Of a DNA stretch of 64,000 nt, positions 55,333 through 64,000 are shown one piece after another (the first letter of the stretch is position 1; each line of letters begins with the position of its first letter). Below the pieces are notes generated by a model that was not told the origin of the DNA, searched no databases, and worked only from the letters and a program-made list of their open reading frames with translations. The DNA comes from an uncultured Gemmatimonadales bacterium (GTDB taxonomy: Bacteria; Gemmatimonadota; Gemmatimonadetes; Gemmatimonadales; Gemmatimonadaceae). The DNA lies in contig CAVTUF010000001.1 of assembly GCA_963737895.1 (NCBI GenBank), forward strand, positions 1,289,150 through 1,353,149, in the 5' to 3' direction. Made by a program: the position numbers and the translations under genes.

Positions 55333-57087
55333 TCAGGGGGCGTTGCGCCAGGATGCGGTCGGCTCCCCCGATGGAGCGTTCTTCGCGATCTGCGCGGCCA
55401 TTTCCCGCAGCAGGTCTGCGTTGGTCATCGGCTGCCAGCCGTGGCCCTTCATCGGACGTCCGTAGCGGAAATCACCGGTATAGTGCGGATTTGTCGTCCC
55501 GGCGAGGAAATCCTCCATCATGTAGACAGCGGGCGCCAGGTAGAAATCGTCCATGTCGCCAGTCAGGATGTGGAGCTTCCCGACGAGCTGGGGCCCGATC
55601 CGCGGCCAGTTCTGCTCCGCATAGTATCGGAGGTCGTACCCGTGGTCGCGCATGTACGTCGCCACCGTCGGATCGATCTTTCCGGTTCGGAGATCGAAAA
55701 GCTGCCGGGGATAGCCGTCATCACCGACGGGCCCGTAGGTCGCGTTCCAGATGTCGATCTGCGCGGCCGACCGTCCGTGCGTCCCGGACGCGTACTCCAT
55801 CTGCGCGATCGACCGCATCGTCGCCACCGGCTGGGCTTCCGGCGATTGCTGCATCATGCGCTCCGGCGCGCCTGGTGCCGCGTTCGGCACGACGAACGCA
55901 TTGGAATCGGCGTACGCGTCGATGAGCTGGTACCGGCGGAAATCGATCGGATCGGGAAAGAACGTCCACGTGCCGCCGAAGAACTCCGGATGGTAGAGCT
56001 GCAGCGCCAGGGATTCCCAGCCGCCCGTGGATCCGCCACTGAGCACGCGTGCATACGGCTTCTTGATGATGCGGAAATGCGATTCGACGTAGGGTACCAG
56101 CTCGCGCATGATCGCGTCGCCGTACGGGCCGTTGTTGGCGGAATTGACCGCGTACGAGTCGTCGAAGTACGGCGTCGGATGCTGGAACGTCACCACGATC
56201 ATCCGCGGGAGATTGGGCGAGGTCCACGACTTGTAGAACTCGTACCCGGATTCCTTCTTGCCGTTGCCCGTGAACGCCCGCGGACCCTCGACGTTCGACC
56301 GGGGGTTCACTGGCGCCAGCCGCACCGGCGTCATCGAGCCCGCCGGCGGCGCCGAATCCGGCGTGAATCCGAATGGCGCGTCAAGTGAGAAGTGCGACTG
56401 CTCGTAGAGAACGGGATAATACGTGTTCGGATGCTCGTCGTAGCCCTTGGGCAGCAGTACGATGGCGCCAAGCCGCTGCGGGACGCCCCACCATTTGGTC
56501 AGGGTGTCGCTCTGGATCGAGATGCGCTTGACCCATTTGGTGTCGGGGATCGAATCGATCGGCGGCAGCACATGGTCGAATGTGAGCTGGACGTCGAAAC
56601 CGGCTGCCGGGTCCAGGTGCACTTTCACCGGTGTGCTCACCAGGTTGCCGGGCGAGTAGGCCCAGCGCTGTCCATCGCCGTGATCCTGGTGCGCCCACAT
56701 CACGTGGCCGTCGGCGCGGTGGTATTGCGTGTAGACGTTGAAGACGGCCTGCGCGTAGTAGTCGCCCGCTGGCAGGTCGCGGAGATTCCAGAGCGGATAG
56801 CCGGCGGCGCTGGTGTCGATGATCGCGTGGTCGCCCGGCTTGAGCTGGTCCACGTCGGCCGCAAAGAACGGAATCCGGCCCACGCGTACTCGCGCCGACT
56901 GGTACGCCGCGATCCGCGGCTCCACGTCACCCCGGGTGAACAGGGTGATGAAGACGCGGCCCGTGATGGGCTGCCCATTCAGCGACGCGGGGAAACTGAC
57001 TTCGAACCGCGGCGACGACGGATGACTGCACCCCGCAACGCTCGCCAGGAAGAGCCCCGCGAGCGTGACCAGGACACGGCGATTCAT
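55333..57087 (-). CDS. putative esterase-family lipoprotein (alpha/beta hydrolase with an N-terminal beta-sandwich)
   Basis: Lipobox LASVAGC. The esterase core is ARVLSGGSTGGWESLALQLYHPEFFGG. Confidence 0.7.
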   Translation of the reverse strand: MNRRVLVTLAGLFLASVAGCSHPSSPRFEVSFPASLNGQPITGRVFITLFTRGDVEPRIAAYQSARVRVGRIPFFAADVDQLKPGDHAIIDTSAAGYPLWNLRDLPAGDYYAQAVFNVYTQYHRADGHVMWAHQDHGDGQRWAYSPGNLVSTPVKVHLDPAAGFDVQLTFDHVLPPIDSIPDTKWVKRISIQSDTLTKWWGVPQRLGAIVLLPKGYDEHPNTYYPVLYEQSHFSLDAPFGFTPDSAPPAGSMTPVRLAPVNPRSNVEGPRAFTGNGKKESGYEFYKSWTSPNLPRMIVVTFQHPTPYFDDSYAVNSANNGPYGDAIMRELVPYVESHFRIIKKPYARVLSGGSTGGWESLALQLYHPEFFGGTWTFFPDPIDFRRYQLIDAYADSNAFVVPNAAPGAPERMMQQSPEAQPVATMRSIAQMEYASGTHGRSAAQIDIWNATYGPVGDDGYPRQLFDLRTGKIDPTVATYMRDHGYDLRYYAEQNWPRIGPQLVGKLHILTGDMDDFYLAPAVYMMEDFLAGTTNPHYTGDFRYGRPMKGHGWQPMTNADLLREMAAQIAKNAPSGEPTASWRNAP

Positions 57088-57188
57088 GACGACGATTCTC
57101 CGAAGCGATTGGACGCCAGCAAGGACGACACCCGAGGACGGCGGTAGATCGGCGTGGAATGCCGGTCGTGAACCCGATACGCGAGCTG

Positions 57189-59360
57189 CTACTGGGCCGA
57201 TGCAGCCGTCGTTGTCGGGGCGGCCGACGGCGCGGTTCGCAGGCCGTCCTTGAGATACTGATCGAGGAACGCGAGCATGTCCGCCATCTTCTGCCGGATG
57301 TTGTCATGCCCCTCGATGTAGTAGGTCTCTCCCGGGTACGACTTCAGCCGGAAGAGCTTGTAGTGCTGGTCGAGCGCCCGCGCGAAGTCGATCGACGCCG
57401 GCACCGGCATCTCGGCCGGACGCCACGACGCGGTCGCGCCTTCACCCTGCAGCAGCAGCGTCGGCGTCGTCACGCGCGCGATGTTGTGAATCGGCGAGTT
57501 GCGGCGATAGACCGCGGCGCTGTCCGGATACGGCCCGAACTCGTACGCCAGCAACTGATCGTGCTGCATCTCGTCGTTGAACTGGAGGAATGCCTCCCAG
57601 TCACCGTAGCCGGATTCGGGCATCGCCGCCTGGAAGACGCCCGGGGCGTTCACGATCGCCGACATGGATAAGCACCCGCCGTAGCTCCGCCCCGTGATGC
57701 CGATCTTCTCGGGATTCACATACGGCTGCCGCTTGAGATAGTCGACGCCTGCCAGCACGTCCTTGAGATCGCAGTGGCCCCAGCAGCCGTTGTTCGCATC
57801 CTCGAACGCCAGCCCGTAACCGGCGCTCCCGCGAATGTTGGGCATCAGCACGGCGTAGCCGCGCTCCACCAGGTACTGCACCTGCGGCTGATAGCTGTCC
57901 ACCCACTGGCCGGTCGGGCCGCCGTGCACCCACATGATCCCGGGCGCTTTTTCGCCGGGCTTCAACCCGCGCGGTTCGTACAGATACGCCGAGATGGTCA
58001 AACCATCGGCGCTCGGGTACGTGATCTTGCGCGGCGCTACGAGACCGGCGACGGGAAAGCCCGCCGGCGTGGAGGTGGTCAGTTGCGTGGTCTTACTGGT
58101 TTTCACGTCCACCGTGTAGAGGTCCGCGGCGCTGACGCTGGTGCCGAAGGTGTAGCTGATCCGCTGGCCGTCCGGCGACCACGCCGCCTTGGACACGATG
58201 CCCTCGGCCGGCGCAACGAGCGCGCGAGGCGTCCCGCCCGTTGCGCCCACGACGTACAGCCCCTTCGTGCCGTTGTGGTTCGCCACGAAGGCGATCCACT
58301 TCCCGTCGGGTGACCATCCGCCGTCGCTCTGTTCCGCGGACTCCGCGGACACCGCGCGGGGAGTACCCCCTTCGATCGGGACGACCCAGTAGTTCACCCA
58401 ACCGCTGCGCTGCGAGCGGAAGAGCACCTGTTTGCCATCGGGCGACACCATCGGATACCCGAAGGATCCGCCGCCACGATAGTCGAAGAAGTTGTGATCG
58501 GCCACGACGAGCCGCGGCGCCGTGCTGCCGTCCGCGGGTACGGCCACGAGGTCGTGATCGACCCACCGGCTGTCGAGCCGGTCGTACAGCACCGTCTTGC
58601 TGTCGGGGGTCCACCCGGGGAAGACCGCGTAGCGCGGTCCACCAGTCAGCCGGAGAACCTGCCCCCCCGGCACCGACACGACGAAGATATCCTGGCTGCC
58701 ATAGCGGTCATCGGACAGCGCGATGTGCGTGCCATCCGGCGCCCATGACATCGAATAGATGCCGCCGCCGAGATGCGTGAGCTGTGCATCCGACTTCTCA
58801 CGCGCCGACCAGAGCCAGATCTCCGGCGCGTCGCCACCCTTGGTCGAGACGTAGGCGACGTAATCACCCTTCGGCGACCACAACGGATGCTGGCCCGCCG
58901 TGTAGTCGAGCCCCACGAGCGGCGCTTCGCTCACCAGTTGTTCCGGCGCGCCGCTTCCCGTCGGACTGACCGACCAGATACCGGCCGGCCCACCGTAGGA
59001 ACCGAGAAACGAAATGTGCGACCCGTCGGGCTGCCACACCGGATCGTCCGATCCCTTGACCGGAGACCCGAGCGACAACAACTGCTCGGCCGACAGCGGC
59101 GCTGGGTCCGCCGCCGGCGCTGACACGCGTTTTGCTGCCGGTGTCCCATCGCGATGCCCCACGACAACCGTCACGAACGACTGGCTGCCCGCCACCTGCG
59201 CGCCCGCAGGTGGTGCCGCTAGCGCGCCGGCGAGAACCGCGCCGCCGCCGATGGCGAACCATGTGGCCAACACCGTCGTGGCCCGGGTGGTGAACCATGC
59301 CTCGCGCCAAAATCCGGCGCGCGAGCTGTGCGAGGAGGACATCGGATGAGAGCGATACAT
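57189..59360 (-). CDS. S9-family serine peptidase with TolB-like beta-propeller
   Basis: Paralogue of 53331..55304 (GITGRSYGG, WVHGGP). The start is ATG 59360 (2 nt after the SusD stop) or ATG 59342. Confidence 0.88.
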   Translation of the reverse strand: MYRSHPMSSSHSSRAGFWREAWFTTRATTVLATWFAIGGGAVLAGALAAPPAGAQVAGSQSFVTVVVGHRDGTPAAKRVSAPAADPAPLSAEQLLSLGSPVKGSDDPVWQPDGSHISFLGSYGGPAGIWSVSPTGSGAPEQLVSEAPLVGLDYTAGQHPLWSPKGDYVAYVSTKGGDAPEIWLWSAREKSDAQLTHLGGGIYSMSWAPDGTHIALSDDRYGSQDIFVVSVPGGQVLRLTGGPRYAVFPGWTPDSKTVLYDRLDSRWVDHDLVAVPADGSTAPRLVVADHNFFDYRGGGSFGYPMVSPDGKQVLFRSQRSGWVNYWVVPIEGGTPRAVSAESAEQSDGGWSPDGKWIAFVANHNGTKGLYVVGATGGTPRALVAPAEGIVSKAAWSPDGQRISYTFGTSVSAADLYTVDVKTSKTTQLTTSTPAGFPVAGLVAPRKITYPSADGLTISAYLYEPRGLKPGEKAPGIMWVHGGPTGQWVDSYQPQVQYLVERGYAVLMPNIRGSAGYGLAFEDANNGCWGHCDLKDVLAGVDYLKRQPYVNPEKIGITGRSYGGCLSMSAIVNAPGVFQAAMPESGYGDWEAFLQFNDEMQHDQLLAYEFGPYPDSAAVYRRNSPIHNIARVTTPTLLLQGEGATASWRPAEMPVPASIDFARALDQHYKLFRLKSYPGETYYIEGHDNIRQKMADMLAFLDQYLKDGLRTAPSAAPTTTAASAQ

Positions 59361-59362
59361 GA

Positions 59363-60754
59363 TCAGGACCCTGTGACGGTCGTGCAGCCCTTGGGCTGCG
59401 GTGTGCGTGCCTGGCATTCCGCGAGCGGGTACGGAACGATGGGGAATATCCGCTCGCTCGTTTGCTGCTTGGGCAATTGATTGAGCTTGTCGTAGTGGCG
59501 CATGCTGATCCAATTGTTCCCGCTCTCCCACATCAGCGAGTAGCGCTTCTCGTACAGCAGCTCATCGAGCAGCGTCGGCTGATTGGTCGTGGGAACGTAC
59601 GGATTCGCGATCGGCGCAAGATTGCCGGCCGTGGTCCTGATGAAGTTGATGTCCGCTGTCGCACTGGCGACGTCCCCCGTCCCGAGTTCGGCCTCGGCCC
59701 GCAGGAGGATCAGCTCCTCGTTACGCAGCATCGGCTCCGGCGACGTGGTGGAGTTATAGAGAGTGAATTGCACGTTGCTGGTGATGCCGTCCAGCGTGAA
59801 CGATTGCACCGATACCAGCTTCTGCCCAACACGGGCATCGCGGGTGGTGTCGGCCACCTGCCGTTGCGCGTCGGTCACCAGTTGCGGCGCCGCGTACAGG
59901 AACGGAGCGAAATTCGGATTGGGCTCGTCTCCCGAGTTGTTCGAGAAATCGAACTGTGGACCTTCCGACAACGCTGCGGACTCGTTGAGGAACGATGCCG
60001 CCAGGTCCGTCAACGCGCTCGCGTAGTCATTGGTGAGAATGTCGGCGCGCGCCCGCAGCCCGCGATTCACGGTCAGGAACGTCGCGGGCGAATCGAAGCC
60101 TGCGAAGCCGGCCGGCAGGGCGAAGGAGAACGATGACCCCCCAGCCTGCAGATGCGTCTTCGCGGAGTCGAGCAGGTTGATGATGTGCTGGTAGACCTCG
60201 GCTTTGGACGCGACCGGGGCCGGGTCACCGGTCGGGCTGATGTCGACCGCGATCGGAAGGCCGAACGTGTCCCGGGTGGCGGCCAGCATCCCCAGGTCGA
60301 ACGCTTCCATCGTCTGCACGAATCCGGTGAGGCCTTCCTTCTGGGCAGTCGTGAGATCCGGCACCTTCTCCAGGGCATCGAGCACGGTGTTGGCCGCGCG
60401 CAGATCGGCGTATTCACCGGCCCACATCTGCCCCACAAAGAACGTGTTCGGGGTCATCGGCCCGTTGGTGTACAACGGCAGGTCACCCTGCGCGACTCCC
60501 ATCTCGAAACCTTCCCGGCCCAGAATCCCCATGTTCTGGAGAACCAGGGCCAGATTGTCACGGCTGCCGCGCACCAGCCCCACCGCAATCGCGCCGGCGG
60601 CGGCTCCGGTTGGAGCGGACTGAAAGTCGGCGATCGCCGCGTTGTTGAGGTCGGGCACCATGGAGTTGGCACATCCGGCCAATGCACCGGCCGCGGCAAG
60701 CGATACGATGGACCGGCTCCGGCTCAGGCGCCGCACGGTATGTATGAATGACAT
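59363..60754 (-). CDS. SusD/RagB-family outer-membrane lipoprotein
   Basis: ATG at 60754 lies 4 nt after the SusC stop, with the lipobox LAGC. The C-terminus LYEKRYSLMWESGNNWISMRHY is typical of SusD-like proteins. Confidence 0.88.
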   Translation of the reverse strand: MSFIHTVRRLSRSRSIVSLAAAGALAGCANSMVPDLNNAAIADFQSAPTGAAAGAIAVGLVRGSRDNLALVLQNMGILGREGFEMGVAQGDLPLYTNGPMTPNTFFVGQMWAGEYADLRAANTVLDALEKVPDLTTAQKEGLTGFVQTMEAFDLGMLAATRDTFGLPIAVDISPTGDPAPVASKAEVYQHIINLLDSAKTHLQAGGSSFSFALPAGFAGFDSPATFLTVNRGLRARADILTNDYASALTDLAASFLNESAALSEGPQFDFSNNSGDEPNPNFAPFLYAAPQLVTDAQRQVADTTRDARVGQKLVSVQSFTLDGITSNVQFTLYNSTTSPEPMLRNEELILLRAEAELGTGDVASATADINFIRTTAGNLAPIANPYVPTTNQPTLLDELLYEKRYSLMWESGNNWISMRHYDKLNQLPKQQTSERIFPIVPYPLAECQARTPQPKGCTTVTGS

Positions 60755-60758
60755 GGCG

Positions 60759-63749
60759 TCAGAACCCCAGGTTGAGGCCGACCCAGAACGTGCGGCTGGG
60801 CGGGAATGGCGCGACGTCGACGTTTCGGGCAATGGCCTGATTACCGAAGTTGCTGACCTCGGGATCCAGGCCTTGATAATGCGTCCACGTAATCAGGTTT
60901 CTGCCCTCGATGCTGATCGTCGCCGACCGTACGCCGCGTCCGAAATGCGAGATGAGGCTGTTCGGCAGGTCGTATGACAACGTGAGCTCGCGGAGTTTGA
61001 TGAATGACGCGTCCTGCACGTACTGCACGGTGTTCTGGAGCCAGTTGTTGATGCGATAGGGACCGAGCGATTCGGTGGTGTCCTTGCCCCCGGACGTGCG
61101 GACCTGCACCTGCTTCGCGAAGTCGCTGCTCGTCCCACCGAGATCGTAGAGCAACTGGGTCAGGTTGATGTCGTCACCGCCCTTCTGCCAGTTGAAGAGG
61201 AAGTAGACGTGTGCGTTGTGATAGGTCAGCGTGTTGCTGAACCCGATGCGATAGTCCGGATTCGCGTCGCCGATCGTCTTGATGGCCTCCGACCCGTCCG
61301 GCTGCAGCGCATTGCCGATGATCTGCGTCGGTGATTTGCCGTTCTGGATCTCGAACGAGCCGAACTCCGGAGGGAAGCCGCCCGGACTGAATGGAGGAAC
61401 CGGCAGCGACGTGATGATGCTGGCGTCCTTGGAGAAGTTCGCCTCGACCGTCCACGTGAAGTTCCGCTGCTGGACCGGCGCCACCGAGGCTTCGACTTCG
61501 ATGCCTCGGGTGCGGAGACTGCCGGCGTTGAAGAACTCGGTGTCGATACCGGCCGACGGCGCCAACGCCCGCTGGAGCAGCAGGTCGGACACGTTTTTCT
61601 GGTAGCCGGTCACAGCGAGTGTGGCCTTGCTGTTGAACATCGTGAGGTCGAAGCCGAGCTCCGTTTCCAGCTGCCGCTCGGGTTGCAGGTTGGGGTTGCC
61701 CACGGCTCCCGCGATCTGCTGCGTCGGCAGCCCGGTAATGTTCGCGGCCAGCAACTCGCCGAACTTCTGCCCGAACAGCGGCTCGTTGCCGGATTCACCG
61801 ATCGCGGCCCGGAGCTTCACATTGTCGATGAAGCCGAAGCCTTGCGACAGCCGGTAGGATGCCGAGGCCTTCGGATAGAAGAACAGCTTCGTCGGGTTGT
61901 TGTTGTTGCTGCTCTCGTCCGCGCGGCCGCCGACGGTCAGCAACAGCTTCTCGTGCAACGCCAGGAACTCTTCCTGCGCGTAGAGCCCCTTGTCGACTGT
62001 GTTCTGGCGCAACTGCTCGACGTTGCTGATCGTACCGCGGTCGATGTTGGAGAGGCCAGGACTCAGGTTCTTCGCCAGATCGCGGAACGTATTGAGATAC
62101 CGCGTCTCCTGCTGCACACCCGCCGACGTCGTCGCCGTGAAAGCACCGGTGGAGGGCGTGAACACCTCGACCAGGCTCGCGTTGACGTTGGCGTTCTCGT
62201 TGACCGTGGAGCCCGCCACGCTCGTGCCGGGATTCCCGTACACGATCTCGTACTGCAGCTCGGGCGGCGAATACAGCGCGTTGCTCTGCGTGAAGTAGTC
62301 GATACCGCCGTTCAGGATCAGGTTCAGGCTGTTGCGCTGGGTCGTGATCAGGTGCGCCGTACCAGTCCCGGATCCGATGAACCGGTTGACGCTCTCGCCA
62401 TTGGTCAGCAATGCCGCCGTCTGCAGCGGGTTGCTCGGCGCGAACGGGTTGTTCGGATAATTCCCGTCGGAAGCGGCCTGCAGGTTGACGAAGCTCGGCG
62501 TCGCAGGGAGCGCCGTATAGAAGCTGGTCGTGGTGTTGTCGTTGTTCGTCAACCCACGAGCGTCGGCCGTGTGCGAGAAGGTGCTGTTCAATCCGAAGTC
62601 GAGCTTCGGTCCCAGTGTCTGATGCAGATTGAGGTTGAGCGCCTGCTTGTCGAAGAACGTGTTGTCGATGATGCCGCCATCGTGCTCGATCACACCCGAA
62701 GCGTAGTACTGCGTCGCATCCGATCCGCCGCCCAGGCTCGCCGTGGTCTGGTACGAGAGCGGCTTGTGCCCGGCCAGTTCATCCTCGTGGTTGTACGTGA
62801 CGCCAGGAGTGAAAAACTTGAGCGCCGACGGGCCGTACTGGCCGACGACCGCCGCTGAATCCGGGAACAGCCGCGACCCCAGCTCGTGCGAGATCGCACT
62901 CGTGCCGAACCGCTGGCTGAGTTTGAGCTCCGGCTTCCCGGCATGCCCGCGCTTGGTCGTGATCAGGACCACGCCGTTGGAGGCCTTGGATCCATAGATC
63001 GCGGAGGCCGACGCACCCTTCAGGACTTCAATGGTCTCGATGTCGTTGGGGTCCAGGTCCGCGAGACGGTTCAATGCGTTGTCTTCGTTCGACGAGAGGC
63101 CTTGTGAGCCCGACGCCTTGGTGATCGAGTTGGCGCCCGACGCCGTGGCGGCGTTGCTGATGATGACGCCGTCGACCACGTAGAGCGGATCCGAGCCACC
63201 GATGACGGTCGTAGTACCGCGAAGGCGAACCTGCATACCGCCGCCTGGTGCGCCCGAGTTGGCCTGGATGTTCGCACCGGCGACCTTGCCCTGCAGTTCC
63301 TGCTCGGTCGTCTGGGCCTGCACATGCGAGATTTCTTCGGCGTTGACAGTGGCCACCGCGTTCGCGGCGTTCTCACGGGTCACCCCGGTCGCCTGCCCCG
63401 TCACGATCGTCTCGTTCAGCTTCAGGACGTCGTGCTTGAGCGCGACTTCGACGGTCTTCTCGTCCGCGGTGACCGGACGGTCGGCCTGGAGATAGCCAAT
63501 GCGCCGGAAGCTCAGGGTGAGCGTGCCGGGCCCGGTCGGCAGGCTGAATGATCCATCGTCGCCGGTATGCGTCCCAAGCAGCGTACCCTTGATGATGACG
63601 GCCACCGAGGGTAGCCCCTGGCCCGTCTCGGCGTCGGTGACCTTGCCATTGATCACCCGGGTCGCAGGTCCCTGAGCGCGAGCCAACGCCAGCGCCGGGA
63701 GCTGCAGCAAGAGGAGTAGTCCGACGGTAATACGGAGAGATCGATGCAT
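60759..63749 (-). CDS. SusC/RagA-family TonB-dependent outer-membrane receptor
   Basis: ATG at 63749 with a signal peptide. It has a carboxypeptidase-regulatory-like domain (INGKVTDAETGQGLPSVAVII), a plug (IETIEVLKGASASAIYGSKASNGVVLITTK) and a barrel ending in ...FWVGLNLGF. Confidence 0.92.
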   Translation of the reverse strand: MHRSLRITVGLLLLLQLPALALARAQGPATRVINGKVTDAETGQGLPSVAVIIKGTLLGTHTGDDGSFSLPTGPGTLTLSFRRIGYLQADRPVTADEKTVEVALKHDVLKLNETIVTGQATGVTRENAANAVATVNAEEISHVQAQTTEQELQGKVAGANIQANSGAPGGGMQVRLRGTTTVIGGSDPLYVVDGVIISNAATASGANSITKASGSQGLSSNEDNALNRLADLDPNDIETIEVLKGASASAIYGSKASNGVVLITTKRGHAGKPELKLSQRFGTSAISHELGSRLFPDSAAVVGQYGPSALKFFTPGVTYNHEDELAGHKPLSYQTTASLGGGSDATQYYASGVIEHDGGIIDNTFFDKQALNLNLHQTLGPKLDFGLNSTFSHTADARGLTNNDNTTTSFYTALPATPSFVNLQAASDGNYPNNPFAPSNPLQTAALLTNGESVNRFIGSGTGTAHLITTQRNSLNLILNGGIDYFTQSNALYSPPELQYEIVYGNPGTSVAGSTVNENANVNASLVEVFTPSTGAFTATTSAGVQQETRYLNTFRDLAKNLSPGLSNIDRGTISNVEQLRQNTVDKGLYAQEEFLALHEKLLLTVGGRADESSNNNNPTKLFFYPKASASYRLSQGFGFIDNVKLRAAIGESGNEPLFGQKFGELLAANITGLPTQQIAGAVGNPNLQPERQLETELGFDLTMFNSKATLAVTGYQKNVSDLLLQRALAPSAGIDTEFFNAGSLRTRGIEVEASVAPVQQRNFTWTVEANFSKDASIITSLPVPPFSPGGFPPEFGSFEIQNGKSPTQIIGNALQPDGSEAIKTIGDANPDYRIGFSNTLTYHNAHVYFLFNWQKGGDDINLTQLLYDLGGTSSDFAKQVQVRTSGGKDTTESLGPYRINNWLQNTVQYVQDASFIKLRELTLSYDLPNSLISHFGRGVRSATISIEGRNLITWTHYQGLDPEVSNFGNQAIARNVDVAPFPPSRTFWVGLNLGF

Positions 63750-64000
63750 GCGCACATCTCCGGTCTGGAAGGTCCCTGACGGCATCAACGCTTCAGCGCG
63801 GACTAACGAGCTCCCCTCCCGGCCAGCCATGCCATCTGGCAAGCCTCAGGAGCGCGCCCGCGTCCGCGCGCCCAATGGCGCGGCGTTTACAAGACAACCG
63901 AGAACTGCGAAACCCCTCAGATTCGGGGCAGACGCCTACTGGTCAGGGGCCGCCAGCCACCCGGACCTCGGCGCATCGGCCAGGTGCCGGCCGGAAATTC

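Noticed and set aside
63843-64000. A possible 3' end of another minus-strand gene at the right edge.
   Set aside because: Only about 60-100 nt is available, several frames are open, and there is no recognisable motif, so it cannot be supported.

Overview
High-G+C bacterial chromosome segment with dense coding and many GC-rich shadow ORFs. The gene content suggests a Gemmatimonadota-like organism (inference only): SusC/SusD pairs next to peptidases, several TolB-propeller S9 peptidases, and sigma-54 two-component systems. I saw no rRNA, tRNA, CRISPR array, transposase, integrase or prophage genes. Main content, in order:
- ABC ATPase plus an ABC-2 permease fused to an M1 aminopeptidase.
- A sensor kinase / NtrC-type regulator pair, followed by a textbook -24/-12 promoter driving a 23-codon pqqA-like gene that the ORF track missed. 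No pqqBCDE is present in the window.
- A redox island: an ECF sigma fused in frame to a ZAS anti-sigma domain, a Rieske-flavoprotein fusion, a SnoaL-like protein and a thioredoxin-MsrB fusion.
- A second sigma-54 module (binding protein, kinase, regulator) divergent from a sigma-54 promoter and a small secreted protein.
- A GNAT / N-succinylamino-acid racemase / M20 operon.
- About 19 kb of minus-strand genes with two SusC/SusD pairs, two S9 peptidases, an esterase, a multicopper oxidase and an LVIVD-repeat protein.
Five to six genes show single-nucleotide frame breaks; two of these sit at short homopolymer runs and the rest do not. That points to assembly indels or real pseudogenisation. Start codons are my best choices, while stop codons come from the ORF track.
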